60,000 nucleotides of DNA from Botryllus schlosseri (lineage: Eukaryota): NCBI GenBank assembly GCA_051294905.1, contig CM119372.1, positions 21,206,001 to 21,266,000 on the forward strand, read 5' to 3'. This document shows positions 59,764 through 60,000 of this stretch, one piece after another. The notes beneath the pieces were generated by a model. The model was not told the origin of the DNA. It was given only the letters and a program-made list of their open reading frames with translations, and did no database searches. The number at the start of each line of letters is the position of its first letter. Within the stretch, counting starts at the first letter, position 1. Both the position numbers and the translations under genes were made by a program.

Positions 59764-60000
59764 GTATATTCTCATAATCGCAATTTAGGAACATTTGCAT
59801 GTCTTCCTTTCAACTGTGGAATTATGCCATGCTTCTAATGGAATCGGTGTCCTGTGCTCACACTCTATTTTATTTTTTAATTATTTTTTATTAAATTGCT
59901 TTGACTTGGAAAATCATCGCTGCTCACCTGATATATCAGGCAAAAAGGCCAGCGATTCCAATCAGGCAGTATAATTAAAACGCCGGACAGTCGACGAGCA

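Overview
Intron-rich, transposon-dense eukaryotic DNA, probably from an invertebrate animal. One spliced gene spans most of the window on the + strand (about 12210-57720, 15 phase-compatible exons reconstructed by hand). It encodes a cyclic-nucleotide-gated (CNG) cation channel subunit. The first 10 kb is a nest of decayed LINEs and hAT-type MITEs, and further MITEs, SINEs and a dead piggyBac fill the introns. The standout feature lies in the 21-kb intron that interrupts the end of the S6 coding region: a near-perfect 15.6-kb palindrome (23112-38715; arms about 7.8 kb, 17-nt loop). It has Polinton/Maverick-type termini (5'-AGTAGT...ACTACT-3') and an exact 6-bp target-site duplication (GATAGG), but no polymerase, integrase or capsid ORFs. 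Each arm carries ~200-bp tandem arrays and a truncated Bcl-2/Mcl-1-like ORF (BH4-like helix plus BH3 LRRVGDE). It looks like a non-autonomous 'snap-back' Maverick carrying apoptosis-gene cargo, inserted into a hAT MITE. All family assignments are by-eye motif recognition; no database searches were run.
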